Shown here piece by piece: positions 46,122 through 58,677 of a stretch of 64,000 nt of DNA. A program made the translations under genes and the position numbers. The number at the start of each line of letters is the position of its first letter. The stretch's first letter is position 1. The notes below the pieces were generated by a model, which saw nothing but the letters and a program-made list of their open reading frames with translations, made no database searches and had not been told where the DNA came from. Origin of the DNA: Mayamaea pseudoterrestris (taxonomy: Eukaryota). The stretch is from contig BROI01000025.1 of assembly GCA_027923505.1 (NCBI GenBank), positions 124,001-188,000 of the forward strand. The letters run 5' to 3'.

Positions 46122-47903
46122 ATGCTTGAAAGCATGACATTGGTGAGCCGGGGCGGCGTCATTTTGTACCAACATGTTGCGTCGCCCTCGCTCGTGGGAG
46201 CAAACGAATCAGTTACTCGCCAGGGATTGGCGCAACTGTTGGCCGGACGAATCGCCAAGCAGCAGGCGCACGAGCAAACGAAACCGGCCTTTACCATTGT
46301 GAATAACTTGTCGTATGTGTGGGTGAGTGTCAAGGCGGAATCAAATGATGCTGCAGCGTCAACGACTACAACTACTTCAGCACCATCAAATACACTCGAC
46401 TACATTGCCATTATATCCTATCCGGACATCATGTTCGAAGGTCCACGCGAGTATCTGCGAAAGTGGGCCGAAGCGTTGCTGCAGGCGACAATCAAAACCT
46501 ACAACCAATACTATATTAGCAGCACCGAAATGAACAACATTTCACTCTTCCTGCGATCCGATCCGGCGCCCTTTGACAAGTTGTTTCAGTTTCTACTGAC
46601 GGAAAGCAAGACGAAGAATAGTGCGACAACAGGCAGCAACGAAAGCAGTCATGTTACGTCAAACGCAACTACCAAAAGCAACAGCAGCAAGGCAACTTCC
46701 AGTGGCAAGGAGAATCGCCACTGGGTCAACATGGACGCCAAGGTGAGCGCGCAGGACATGGCGCAGCTAGATCAATCTCAAAAGGCAGGAGGTGGAAATA
46801 GCGGCAATGATACGAACAACATTAGTGCCGCCCTGGAAGAGGCGAAATTGGCCTTTTTGCCAACGGCGCAAGACTTGGCGAATGATGGCAAGGAAGATGC
46901 ATTCATGAATAAGATAAACAAGGACGAGCCAGCATCTTGGTCATCCAGTATCACCGGTGTCTTTTCCCAATTAGTTGGAACCAAGATTTTGCAAGACTCT
47001 GATTTGGTTGCTCCACTCAAGGCCATGGAGCAACGTCTCACGACGCAAAACGTTTCCCAGGAGGTGGCCGCCAAGCTGTGCGCCAATGTCAAGCAAGCAC
47101 TCTTGGGCCAGCGCTTGACCAGCTGGAGTCGCGTCCAAACGGCCGTCCAGCAGGCACTGGAAGCAAGTTTGCGCCACGTGTTGAGCGTTTCCGCGCAAAA
47201 GCAGCAACATGTGGACTTGCTGCGCAACGTGTTGGCCCACAAGCGCAACGCGACGAGCATGTTTTCACTGACGAGTCGACAAAAGCAGGCGCAGAAACCG
47301 TACATTATTATTGTTCAAGGTATCAATGGAATTGGTAAAACAACGACACTTGCCAAACTGGCCTACTACTTGAGTACGAACGGTTGCAAGCCACTGCTCG
47401 TGGCGGGCGATACCTTTCGGAGTGGCGCCGTGGAGCAACTCCAGGTGCACGCCGACTGTCTACAGGTACCACTCTTTGCGCAAGGCTACTCCAAGGACCC
47501 ATCGTCCGTCGTCAAGGCTGCCGTCCAGCATGCCGTCAAGCAAGGCAACGATGTGGTGTTGGTGGATACGGCCGGACGCATGCAAAACAACGTTCCGCTC
47601 ATGCGCGCACTGGCCAAACTAGTGGAGGAGAATGAACCAAATTTCATCATTCAAGTGTGCGAAGCACTGGTTGGTCATGATGGATTGAGTCAGTTTCAAA
47701 CCTTTCAAAAGGCACTCGGTAGTCGAGGAACGGATGGATTGATATTGACCAAGTTTGATACTGTTGGTGACAAGGTTGGTGCCGCCGTGACATTGGTGTA
47801 CGAGACGGGCACGCCCATTGTGTTTACGGGGACGGGTCAAAAGTACCATCACTTGAAGCCAATGAGTGTAACGGGTGTCATTCAGAGTTTGCTGTCGGGA
47901 TGA
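46122..47903 (+). CDS. SRPRA: Signal recognition particle receptor alpha subunit
   Basis: N-terminal SRGGVILY; GINGIGKTT, DTFRSGAVEQL, DTAGRMQ, TKFDT and GTGQKY. Confidence 0.93.
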   Translation: MLESMTLVSRGGVILYQHVASPSLVGANESVTRQGLAQLLAGRIAKQQAHEQTKPAFTIVNNLSYVWVSVKAESNDAAASTTTTTSAPSNTLDYIAIISYPDIMFEGPREYLRKWAEALLQATIKTYNQYYISSTEMNNISLFLRSDPAPFDKLFQFLLTESKTKNSATTGSNESSHVTSNATTKSNSSKATSSGKENRHWVNMDAKVSAQDMAQLDQSQKAGGGNSGNDTNNISAALEEAKLAFLPTAQDLANDGKEDAFMNKINKDEPASWSSSITGVFSQLVGTKILQDSDLVAPLKAMEQRLTTQNVSQEVAAKLCANVKQALLGQRLTSWSRVQTAVQQALEASLRHVLSVSAQKQQHVDLLRNVLAHKRNATSMFSLTSRQKQAQKPYIIIVQGINGIGKTTTLAKLAYYLSTNGCKPLLVAGDTFRSGAVEQLQVHADCLQVPLFAQGYSKDPSSVVKAAVQHAVKQGNDVVLVDTAGRMQNNVPLMRALAKLVEENEPNFIIQVCEALVGHDGLSQFQTFQKALGSRGTDGLILTKFDTVGDKVGAAVTLVYETGTPIVFTGTGQKYHHLKPMSVTGVIQSLLSG

Positions 47904-48266
47904 ATGTTGTGCATGGAGCTGGTGGTCCCTGTCGCGCGTGTTGCATCTTTCTTGATAGATACAGTTAAAATTCTATGAGGAGTGCACGTTTAAGTGAATT
48001 ATGTGGTCCATCAATGGTAGCCACTTTCTATCGATACGTATAGATCCCGGCGAGGCATCATTTTTTTGTATCATAGGATTTTGGTGCTGATTTAACGGCA
48101 ATGAAAACTACATTGGGCGCGATTGACATTTTGGCTGGTCACACATCCACGAGCTCGGTCACAATGGTCGTGCATTCTTTTCATTTTGCTGCTGATGCAT
48201 GCGTCCTTTCTTTTGACTCTCCATCAATCTGAACGACGAGCTCACCTTGATGGAAGCTCGCAAGTA

Positions 48267-49562
48267 ATGCACAATATGCCATCATCCTTTCTTGTTTTCA
48301 AGGCATGGATGGCTCTACTGCTTGTTTCAGCCTTTTTAGAGATTCGATTCGGTCACAAGTACTTTGCACGGTCGAGTCGAGCCATTCAGTTGGAGCAGCA
48401 GGCAACCGCTAGCAGTATTGACGAACGACGAGACAAGGAGAAAATCAAGCAACACAAAATCTTTCGAGGTGGTTATTCTTCTTCTTCTGCTACTTCTCGT
48501 CAAGGAAAACAAGAAATTCTACAAGTACTTGCGGTGAAGCGTGACGACGAAACGCGGCCAATTATTGCACGCAACACCACCAATAATCTACTTTTCAACG
48601 CATCGCAACCAGTTTCAATTGCACCCTTTCCCAATGGCGGCATTTTCTACTTTTTGCATATTCCCAAGGTTGGTGGCACTTCGATGCGCGATCACTTTGC
48701 GAAATCGGTTGACAAGCTCATTGTGATCCGCAACAAGGGACAGCTGCTGAAACACTTGCCAAAGATTCAACATTGGACGAGTCACGGCACTAGCGGCAAG
48801 ATTATCGCCATTGAGACGCACACCAACGACGTTCCGGCTTGGAGCGCCGCCTTGCACGAGCATGTGCAGTCCTGGCGCAACGCTGCAAACCGCCACAACG
48901 TTTCTTTCTTTGCGTTTACGCTCGTCCGCGAACCACTCTCCTTTGCGACGAGCGCCTTTAACTACTACTACTTGAAGAGTCGCGTCAACAAGACGAGCGG
49001 CGAGGCCTATCAATTGGCGCAAGCAACCTCCACGGAACTAGTGGATACGCTGCTGCACAATCCCATCTGCAGCTTTTTATCACGAGGCGGCTTTTACTAC
49101 GCCATTTTGGATGGAGGGATTCGGCACGAGCATAACCGCAAGCGACTGAACGACGAACAAACGCGACAACATTGTGACACTGCCTATCAAACGCTTGTGG
49201 ACGGCATGGACTGGATTGGAACCACGGACAAGCTCTATGAAACGGTGGAAATTGTCGACTACTTAATGTCGTCGTCGTCGTCCAAAGCAGACGCATTGAA
49301 AGCATCGATTGTTGCGACAAACGCGACGACATCTTCAACGGCAGCTCCAGTGGAGCTCACTAATCAAAACGTTCACAAACAAGTCACATTGGATCAACTG
49401 GATGAAACGCAACTGGATTTTGTGAGAAAACACACGAGTTACGACGACGAGTGGTACAATGCAATACAAGGACACTACTCGTTTGACGAACTGTGGAAGA
49501 ATCGCGTAAGACAAACAGATGCTGGTGCAGGAGCTTTTAATATTATTGCAGTCGAACGATGA
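48267..49562 (+). CDS. Membrane-anchored sulfotransferase-family protein (start uncertain)
   Basis: N-terminal TM; FYFLHIPKVGGTS (5'-PSB), FTLVREPLS (3'-PB) and WIGTTD. Confidence 0.75.
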   Translation: MHNMPSSFLVFKAWMALLLVSAFLEIRFGHKYFARSSRAIQLEQQATASSIDERRDKEKIKQHKIFRGGYSSSSATSRQGKQEILQVLAVKRDDETRPIIARNTTNNLLFNASQPVSIAPFPNGGIFYFLHIPKVGGTSMRDHFAKSVDKLIVIRNKGQLLKHLPKIQHWTSHGTSGKIIAIETHTNDVPAWSAALHEHVQSWRNAANRHNVSFFAFTLVREPLSFATSAFNYYYLKSRVNKTSGEAYQLAQATSTELVDTLLHNPICSFLSRGGFYYAILDGGIRHEHNRKRLNDEQTRQHCDTAYQTLVDGMDWIGTTDKLYETVEIVDYLMSSSSSKADALKASIVATNATTSSTAAPVELTNQNVHKQVTLDQLDETQLDFVRKHTSYDDEWYNAIQGHYSFDELWKNRVRQTDAGAGAFNIIAVER

Positions 49563-49726
49563 CGATAAAAGCTATAGATGTGGATGTGTTACATAATATT
49601 GCAAATTTGCATTTTATCAGTCGCACCAATGTTTAATTTTTGGTAGGCGACGCCCTTGCTCGGAGGTGCTGCAACTCTAAGTGATAGACCCAACATCGAT
49701 CGTGCAACGTTTCCAAAAGTCGCGCT

Positions 49727-51643
49727 TCACTTTCCACCAAAATTCTCCTGCCCGTTGCGGGCGCCCGATCCTCCGACGTGCGCCACGTACTCGGAGTCGC
49801 GAGGTTCGTCAATGCCCAAGGCTTGTCGTGCGTCGGCCATGATGAATACGCTTCCGCAAACGACTAGTAGGTTTTGTCGTTGATTGCTACAGGATGCAGC
49901 GGCAGCCTTGGCTTGCAGACTCAATTCCACAGCCTTGGTAATTTGCGGCGCCACCGACGGATCCTCCAGATTGTAGTGCGCTCCATCTCTGAAACCTGGA
50001 ATGTCGAGCAATTGCTGGAGCGTTGCAGCTCGTGGAGTTGATGCTTGCACCAAATGAACCCGACTAGCGTCATGGCCGACAAGCTCCAACACGGCTTGAC
50101 CGCATCGTCCAAGATCCTTGTCGCTGCTCATGCCAACCACCATGCGGATTGCTGTTTGTGACAAGTCGTATGTTGCTTTTAGTTTGTTGACCAAGTATTC
50201 CATCGCTTCAGGATTATGCGCGACATCTAAAATGACAGTCAGTGGATCATCTTGATTGTCTGGATTGGGAACCAAGACATGTTCAAATCGACATGGTGGT
50301 CGCTGGGAGGTTCCAGTGCGGATCGCTTCGTCGGATATGGGCGGAAACAGGCGCTGCGTCGTCTCATCCTTTTGTATCACGCGAATCGCCGCCGTGACAA
50401 TGCGCGAATTGATCACGTCATAGTCCGTGCTGCTAGACGTCGTTCCATTGTCGTTCTCGTCAACAAGTAATTCATCGCACGTATAGTACGGTCCAGCGTT
50501 CACTCTTGCGGCGCACGCTCGCAACGTTTCATCCACTTCTGCAATACTCGACGCCACGGGTCCCACCAACACGGGTCGGCCCGCTTTGAAAATACCCGCT
50601 TTCTCCGTCGCAATCTTGGCCAAGGTATCACCTAATATGCGCGTATGTTCCAACCCAATGCTAGTGACAATCGTCAGTGCAGGATTTGTCAAAATGTTGG
50701 TCGCATCCAAACGACCACCCAGCCCCGTCTCCAACACGACCGCGTCAACTTGCTGCGCGTGAAAATGTAGCATGGCCAGCGCCGTGGTGAGTTCGAAAAA
50801 GGTGGCCGGAATGTTGTGTTCGTGGCACAGGTCGTAAATGCGCGGCAAATGCTTCACAACGTCACGTTCGCTGATCAAGCATCCATTCACTTGCATGCGT
50901 TCTCGAAAGGATGACACGTGGGGTGAAACAAACAAGCCAACCTTGTATTCCTTGCTGACATTGCTGTTGCTACGACCCGCCGCTTCCAACGTCTTGGCCA
51001 GTTTCCAAGCAACCGATCCCTTGCCGTTGGTTCCGGCAATATGAATCACGGGAACGTCGTCGAGCGGCTTGCCTAATAAATTGTATAGTTGCTGTATGTT
51101 ATCGAGCCCCATTTTCACGGGCTGGTACAAGTTTGTCGTGTATAAACGACGAACCCAAACGTCATAGTCGGGTGCAGGAGCAGTAGTGTCAGTGGTGTTG
51201 TTGATATCACTTATTTCTGCGTTCGATGCATTCCTACTACCAGTAGATTGCTTGTTTTCGCCATTGGCATTAAAATTGTTTGTACTTGTGGAGGCGTTGG
51301 AAGACATGCTTCGTGGAGACACCAAGAGTCGAGTTGTTGGATGTGTCGTCAACGAATGAGTCGTCAAGGGAATTGAGGTCAAGCGGTAGTTTTTAGTTGG
51401 AAATGAATCCAAAGAGCAAACACGTGGCAATGCTTGCGGCGATGAGTATATAGTTGATCCCCTTGCCGAAGTTGAATCAAATGTTGCGGATAAATGATGT
51501 GAATGTATAGTAGTAGTCCGAAGAAGGTGCTGATTCACTCGACAAGTTCGAACGACGCTGCGCATCCAGGCCGAGCTGCCAGTCAGTGAGTGCAACAATG
51601 TAACAAAGGATAACAAGGTCCTGTAACGACGCCAAGGGAGCAT
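49727..51643 (-). CDS. folC: Folylpolyglutamate/dihydrofolate synthase with N-terminal targeting extension
   Basis: IHIAGTNGKGS, SPHVSSFRER, TFFELTT, ETGLGGRLDATN, LDVAHN and VCGSVF. Confidence 0.92.
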   Translation of the reverse strand: MLPWRRYRTLLSFVTLLHSLTGSSAWMRSVVRTCRVNQHLLRTTTIHSHHLSATFDSTSARGSTIYSSPQALPRVCSLDSFPTKNYRLTSIPLTTHSLTTHPTTRLLVSPRSMSSNASTSTNNFNANGENKQSTGSRNASNAEISDINNTTDTTAPAPDYDVWVRRLYTTNLYQPVKMGLDNIQQLYNLLGKPLDDVPVIHIAGTNGKGSVAWKLAKTLEAAGRSNSNVSKEYKVGLFVSPHVSSFRERMQVNGCLISERDVVKHLPRIYDLCHEHNIPATFFELTTALAMLHFHAQQVDAVVLETGLGGRLDATNILTNPALTIVTSIGLEHTRILGDTLAKIATEKAGIFKAGRPVLVGPVASSIAEVDETLRACAARVNAGPYYTCDELLVDENDNGTTSSSTDYDVINSRIVTAAIRVIQKDETTQRLFPPISDEAIRTGTSQRPPCRFEHVLVPNPDNQDDPLTVILDVAHNPEAMEYLVNKLKATYDLSQTAIRMVVGMSSDKDLGRCGQAVLELVGHDASRVHLVQASTPRAATLQQLLDIPGFRDGAHYNLEDPSVAPQITKAVELSLQAKAAAASCSNQRQNLLVVCGSVFIMADARQALGIDEPRDSEYVAHVGGSGARNGQENFGGK

Positions 51644-52292
51644 TCGTCGTCAGCCAAGGAATTAGAGTACGTTCCTTGTGCTGTGGCACGTGATTCGATG
51701 AATGAGGTTGTCGCTTTTGTTCCGTCGTGCGGTGGGCGCGGCGAAACGTGTTTAAAACCTGTACGACGTCACATTGTTTTACAATCATTTTTATGTAACC
51801 GTTTTAACGCTTTTGCGCGCGAGCGTACGATACACATAGGACAAACGTGACTGAAATTTTTGCCTCCGCGCTCGGCTTGCGTACGTCAGTGACCTCATCG
51901 TATTCACAATGATCAACACTCTGGATTGGCTTGAAAGATTGAAAAGAGTCATCGAGGCATAACTACAAACCATGCTCATGCTTAAAAGACACTGACGTGG
52001 TGAAAGAATTCCCTCCGAATTCTCTCCGCCGCAAAACCCCTCGGGCGAGAGCGATGGATCGGCCATCGACCCCAAGGCGAAAGACGATTGATAAAGCTCT
52101 CACGCAAAGCTTTTGCCCCTCGAGGAAGAAGAATATTGATTTTAGAATTTGCCTTGCAAACCTTTTTGAGAGGCGCTTGAGAAATTCTTGAGATCAAAGA
52201 GTGTTTGTTGAAAGAGGCACTGCTATCTGATTCTCTCAACCTGAACAGATTCATTCCTTGAACACGGAAGGAGAACGCATTGCATCTACACA

Positions 52293-54358
52293 ATGGATCC
52301 ATTACAATCATATATTGTCCATAATCCCCTCGCCCACTTGGACCAAGAGGAGTCACCTTTGGTGGATGCAGATCAGCTCATGAGCCTACCGGTCGAAACT
52401 GCTGCCGTCGCTGAACGCATTGACGCCTACTCTCCCATTCCAGACGTGGTCATTAGCCAAAACTCAAGCCCAGGTTCGGCCTCGGATCACATGGGGATTC
52501 TTCCAGATCTTCCAACGAGCTCCTTTGGGGGCAACGTGCAGCGATCCAATGCGAGTCTCAACGCGCCTAGCTGGCGGTCCGCCTTGGAGCAATCCAACGT
52601 GCCTCGCGTCGTTTCCACCTTTGTCAGCGACCCCGACATGGTGCGATCCTATAACACGGCGAGTCCCACCGTGACGCAGCAAGACTTGATGGGACACACG
52701 AACCACAATCATTCCAGCGAGTCCATGGCGCACGCGTCCTCCGCGTCGTCGTCGCCAGTGTCGACCAACTCCACAAAGCCATGCGCGTCGCGGCGCAAGC
52801 AAGCGTCCAAACCCAAGCGCGAGCCCGACCGCCGCCAGAAGCGACTGGAGCGAAACCGGGAATCGGCGCGACTGAGTCGGCGGCGGCGCAAGCAGTACTT
52901 GGAGGTGTTGGAGGAGCGCGTGACGCAGATTAGTCACGACTTGGATGGTGGAAGGCGGGCGCATGTGGCGAATGCCGTTGCGGAGATTGCGAGAAAGAGG
53001 AACGAGCTGCTAATGCAAGGCGACCAGCAATTGATGGCGTCTCCAGTGTTTACGTTGGTTCATGGGCCATTGCGCCGGACTAGTCAGGAATTGAGCATTG
53101 CAATGACGTTCTTGTCGCAGCAATTAAAGAGCTTTAGTCTTCCGCCGAGCATGTCGTTTGTCTTGTGGTTGACCTTGCAGTCTGAAACGTACTTTCGAGG
53201 CGGGCGGGCTCACAGTGAGCGCCTTTCGGCGGCGCGAATTGGCGAACGGGTACGTACAGCAATTTCATTGTACTTGGAGCTTGACATTCGCAATTCCGCA
53301 TCATTCTTATCCAATGCATTCATCAAACACAGTTGCTGCATAGCGGACTCGACGCTGTGACGCCAGCGCAATCCATGTGGCCACTCTTTTGCGGGGAAGT
53401 ATGTGTCTCGTATGAGCAGGAGGAAAAGTTTCGTGCCCTACAGAAACTCCAGTTGCAGTCTCCGCAGGTTTGGGTTGAACGTCATGTTTCGTTTGCTGCC
53501 AGCAAAATCATTCAGTCAACGCACGATGCGACGCAGGCGTTAGCAATGCGACTGGGCCAGCGGGAGAAGTCAACGTTGGGTATCTTGAGCGAAAAACAGG
53601 CAAGCACGTTTCTACAATGGTCGAATCGCAATCGCGACCGGCTTGCCGCCAAGACCAGGGCGGTTCCTCGACGAAAGGACGACAGTCCCTATAAGACGTC
53701 AAACTTTCAGCATCAGGCGGCGAACCTTTACATTCTCAATCATCAGCTTCAAAACATTTTACACAAGATACCACGGTCAGCGCCCTTGGTAAATGGTCCG
53801 TCCCTGAAGAAACTTTCACGCCGACCCTTGTTCGAGTCGTTAGGTTGTAGACAAGGAGAAAAAGACGCCGAGACCTTGTCGATGGAACGAAGTCATTCGT
53901 CAACTGGTTCGCTGAAACGAAGTGCATCAGAGATGAGCATGGATGGAAATAGTAACCTGGAGGACCGCCCGATTATTCCCACAGTTTGCCCAATGGAGGC
54001 GCAAGCGGCGCTGGCGAACGCGGTGGACGCTGCGATTGGTCACGTCAAGGCAATTATTCCTGCACCGCCGGTGCCTACGATGATGCAGCCCGTGCAATTT
54101 CGTGCTCCAAGTCCCTCGCCGGTAACCTCCATGATGAACCGATGCATGAGCATGCCTGTCGCTCCCGTATCGTACGATCCAACGACAACCATGAACTCCT
54201 TTTCCTCGCAACAAACCAGCGGACGATCATCATTCATTCCGTCACATTTGAACATTGTGCCGGAGGAAATGTGGCCGGGTGACGCGGAGGAACTGCTGTT
54301 AAATCTTGTTGATGATGGAGATTGGGCCATTGGAGAAGGTATTGACATGGACATGTAA
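52293..54358 (+). CDS. bZIP transcription factor; intron 53250-53332
   Basis: RRQKRLERNRESARLSRRRRKQYLEVLEERV; the GTACGT..CAG intron joins the two ORFs in frame. Confidence 0.88.
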
Positions 54359-54720
54359 ATTGGTTTTGCGCCTTACAAGCGAAGGCGCGCGCATGAACAT
54401 GCATTTTTACTGGCAATCGCCGCAATTCGGCACAGTCCTTCAATACATATCTGCACATATCGCATGAAAAGCTCCATCTCGCTATAAGCGTCATTTGACA
54501 TACCGCATCCAACCTCTTTCAAGGGAGAATCTTACGCACATGCCCTCCCCAAATACATTCAGACAAAAACTACATGAATAAAGTTTGCTGCTAAAAATAA
54601 TTATAAACGCATTATGGTGTTATTTTCGGTGCGTTTCAAGGCAGTAGTGTATCGTTGTTGTAGGTGGCAATCCGTTTGCGATTCATGAAGCGATATATGC
54701 AAATGCTCAAGTCACCCATA

Positions 54721-56274
54721 TCACAACGCAACATTCGCCTTTTTGGCAGCCATGACGTCCACCTCATGCACTCGCATCTCAACACTCGCCTCCATGACAG
54801 CCATAACGTCCACATCATGCACTCGCACAAGGTTATCATCACATGCAGTCGACACAATCGCCTTTCGACCCTCATCAACAAAACAAATATTCATGTCGTT
54901 AATAACATCGTCACTGCCCGCCATGGTATGAACTAAACGTCCATTTCGAGCATCCCAAATGTAGATGGAACCATTGGTGCAACTTGTAAAAACTAAAGGC
55001 AACGTAGGATGCCACTGCAACCGTGTAATACCTCCAGTAGTATTCATTGGCGATAGTGGTTGTTGCGTCGCTGCAGCAGCATCATTCGTAACCACAGCAG
55101 CAGCATCCGCAATGTTGCATATCTGCCGACACTGTCCATTCGTCAAATCCCAAATCTTTAAAACACCATCACAACCACCCGTGGCGACCCAGTTCGGATT
55201 CACCACACTTGGGCAAAAGCTAACCGCTTCCACACTCATTGGCAAATCGACTTCATCGTCATCATCGTCGTCGTTACTGCTCATAGGCATATTCGTCGGT
55301 ACCTGATAGTGCCGCAACGAAGCCACCACCTTGCCCGTTTTCACATGGCAAACATGCGCCTGCCCATCCTCGGCACCAACAATTACCAGCTGCCCGTCAG
55401 CTCCACCATTGACACTCATGCAAGTCAAACCTGCAGCCTCCTCATCATTTGTCACATTGTTGAATCGAATCACATGTTTGGCGTTGCCAGTCCGCGGCGC
55501 CCACACACGCAGCGATCCGTCGCTACTCGCCGACAGTGCCCACTTGCCATCGGAACTGAAGCAACCGCACGTGACGGCTGCCGTATGTCCCACAAAGACT
55601 TGAAGACACTGCTTGAGCATCAAGTGAAACATCCACACGGTATAGTCAGCAGCCGACCCAACTAATAGCACCGACCCGCCCTTTGGATGAAAGGCGAGCC
55701 ACTCGACATCCGTTGGTCCCTCGTAGGTATGCAAATGTGTTTGCGAGTCGTAGTCGTAGACGCAAACGGCGCCGTCGTAGGCGCCCACGGCAATCATGCG
55801 AGGAATCTTGTTTTCGTCGACGTAGTCAACGTTCATGGCGACGCTTGACACACTGTCGGTGTGAGCGTGCTCCAAAAAGTGTGAGCTGCTAGTCGTTTCG
55901 TTGGACGCATTTATGCAATGAAGGAACGCCTTGTCGTCTCCGCCGCCCGAAACAATGCTCAGCGTATGAGTGTCTGGCGAGTAGTGTGACGCCACGCAAA
56001 AGACGGGTCCGGAATGCGCCGCGAGTCGCAGTTTACTGGCATCCGGAGCAGCAGGAGCAGCAGAGTCAACTACATTATCATTGTCGTCGTCATTATCATC
56101 ATCCATGGGCACGTCATCTTCGTCCACTTGGACTTCGACGACGCCGTCGTCGTCTGCCTGAATGAAGGCTGGAGCATTGTCGTCGTCGTCGTCGCCCTGC
56201 ATTGCGAATTCATTATCAATGTCTTGCTGCTCGTTTTCGGAATTAAAATTGTCGTCGTTATCCATAATGATCAA
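54721..56274 (-). CDS. WD40 protein, SQT1/AAMP-like ribosome assembly chaperone
   Basis: Acidic N-terminus; SGGGDDKA, HTDSV, VEWLAFHPKG, VWM and SDGSLRVW. Confidence 0.8.
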   Translation of the reverse strand: MIIMDNDDNFNSENEQQDIDNEFAMQGDDDDDNAPAFIQADDDGVVEVQVDEDDVPMDDDNDDDNDNVVDSAAPAAPDASKLRLAAHSGPVFCVASHYSPDTHTLSIVSGGGDDKAFLHCINASNETTSSSHFLEHAHTDSVSSVAMNVDYVDENKIPRMIAVGAYDGAVCVYDYDSQTHLHTYEGPTDVEWLAFHPKGGSVLLVGSAADYTVWMFHLMLKQCLQVFVGHTAAVTCGCFSSDGKWALSASSDGSLRVWAPRTGNAKHVIRFNNVTNDEEAAGLTCMSVNGGADGQLVIVGAEDGQAHVCHVKTGKVVASLRHYQVPTNMPMSSNDDDDDDEVDLPMSVEAVSFCPSVVNPNWVATGGCDGVLKIWDLTNGQCRQICNIADAAAVVTNDAAAATQQPLSPMNTTGGITRLQWHPTLPLVFTSCTNGSIYIWDARNGRLVHTMAGSDDVINDMNICFVDEGRKAIVSTACDDNLVRVHDVDVMAVMEASVEMRVHEVDVMAAKKANVAL

Positions 56275-56669
56275 TAGCGTAAGATGTCGTAAAAAGAATC
56301 AAGCATGCAAGATGAATGAGAAACTGGATTGCTGCTGCTACCACGGAACAAATTGGAATCGCATCGTCCATGGTCGCGCGCGTTTTGGTTGGACGTCACG
56401 CGCGTCTGTACGTCGTCCGCCTAAGCAGCACAAACACCAACTACCATCATGACGTCAGCAGGTGACTCAGTGAAGCGCAAACGCGATGCCACCACGATGA
56501 GGATGGAAGCGTAGCGTCTGCCAACGCAACACCAAGCTTTGCAACGACACTTGTCTCGTTCATCGTCAGACTCTCTCTCTGATTGAATCATCATCGTTAC
56601 TGCTTTGTTGCGTTACACAATCTTGACTCCATTATCTACGTAATATACATACATTTCACATACAGCAAC

Positions 56670-57912
56670 ATGCACGTTTCCAAATCCGTCCTGCTGGCGC
56701 TTGCTTTTGCGGCGTCGTCGAGTGCCTTTGCGCCCCAATTCAACAATGGCGGCGGCAGTCGCACGGCCCTGCAGTCGACCGAAAGCATGATGGACCCTGA
56801 CTTGAGCGCCATGATTGCCAAGGAGGTATGTTTATTAGCAGCTAGCTAGGGAGGGAGAAGTTACCATTTGATTGTGAGCGAGCTGTTGGAACAAATCGTA
56901 TCGATTTTGGCTTCCTTGGCACTCTTGCATATTATATACGATTAACACATATCGCACTCACTCATCTTTACTAATATCTATTTCTCATATATAAATTAAC
57001 AGCTCGATTACAAACCCGGCGAGGCCGACACTGCCTTTGCCCGCAAGTACAAGCACTTGGTGGGCGCACAGATCAAGACTGTTGGCGAATCCTTTGCCGA
57101 ATTCACCAAGGAGCTTGGCTACTCGGTCAATCCTTTATATAAAAACATGGTGACGGATTTGGTTGGAACGACGCATTTGGTCGTTGTCAATGCGCGCTTC
57201 CAGCAGGATGCCATTTGGAGTTTGGGAATGATGACGACGCTGCATGTACTGTTCAAGAATTACCCCGAGCCGGAGATTGCCGACAAGATCAAGTCGGCAT
57301 TGTTCAAGAGCGTTGGTCTTGATGAAGCCAAGATTGTAGCGGAAGCCAAGAGTTTGGAGGAGTGGGTGTCGTCGCAAACCAAGGAGAGTATTGAGGCAGC
57401 CTTGGGAGGCGAGGGTGACTCGCCAGTGGCACAAATTGCCAAGTCTGTCAAGTCGGAGCCACTCTGGATGTACAGTCGATACTTTGGAATTGGTTTGATA
57501 AGACTTATGGAAGGTGTTGGCATTGAAATGGACAAGGATGAAGTTTATCCAGTCATGGAAAAGTGGATGTCGGAGAAGCTCGGTGTTGGCCACATTACCG
57601 CATGTGTGAGTATGCAGCCATGCTTTGCGAACGTGCAGATTGTCCCAAACTTGACCTTATGAGCTCACACATTATACTCTTATTTCACAGTCCGATAGCG
57701 ACCTTTACTTCAAGATCAAGGCCAAGCTTGACATGATGGAGACAATGATGAAGGAGATTGAGATTCGCGAAAAGAAGCGCATGGCCGAGCGTTTGGAACT
57801 CAAGGCGGAAGCTGCACTACGGGCGGCGGACCGCGAACTGAAACTGCAGGCCGAGATTGAGGCGGAAGCCCAGGCCCAGCGGGAACGTGTGGCGGCGAGT
57901 ACGAGCAGCTAA
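56670..57912 (+). CDS. THF1: Thylakoid formation protein THF1/Psb29; introns 56826-57002 and 57606-57690
   Basis: ASSSA-FAP plastid presequence; [31 protein letters not shown] and coiled-coil end. Confidence 0.85.
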
Positions 57913-58677
57913 TGTTGCTGCGTTCCGATGGTTCATGGATTGCAGTGACGTGAAATTTTCTCGAGAACAAAAACATGAATATGCTAGCTTAGACTCATAT
58001 CTCGAGCATTTATTGAAAGTACTTAACATTTACATGTTTATGGAGACTTATTTGTTGATAAACTACTACCGGTAGTTCATAGATGTGCTTGCTTCGTGTG
58101 AAGTTGGCTGTGGACAAGCGTACAGCTGCGAGTTCCTACCGGTGGGCTAGACGAGAATAAGCTGCCTTTTTCTTCATATTAAAACTTCAAGGGAATCACT
58201 TGATTGCTTTGTGTAGTTCTGTGAAGCAAAAACGATCATTACTTGTAGCAATTGAACATATTATTATTAACCAGACATTAACAACAACTGTAAATTTGGC
58301 GATACCGTAGACAAAAAGTCGCAGCGGGTCTAATGGTTGGCGATGCTTCCACAGAACCGCGTCGAATGAAGACCGCCGCCATTGCTGCCACCTCGCATTG
58401 CATTTAGGCAGCACTATTGCAGTTTAATTGACTTTATTGAAATCAACGATTAAGGTTTCTTTCTCAATTTTCGGGGTCTCTAGCAATTCGCCTTTAGCCG
58501 CCAGTCGTACTCCAACAGCAGCGAGCCGAAAAGCGAGACGGGCCGTCACAACTGCACCCTGCACCTCTTGCTGCTCATCAAAGCTTCCCTTTGGTCCTTT
58601 ATTTTATTCAAGCTTGATAGCAAAACACGCTTGACGAAAATTACGTCTAAGAAGTAAATTTACAACGCCAGCAAGGA

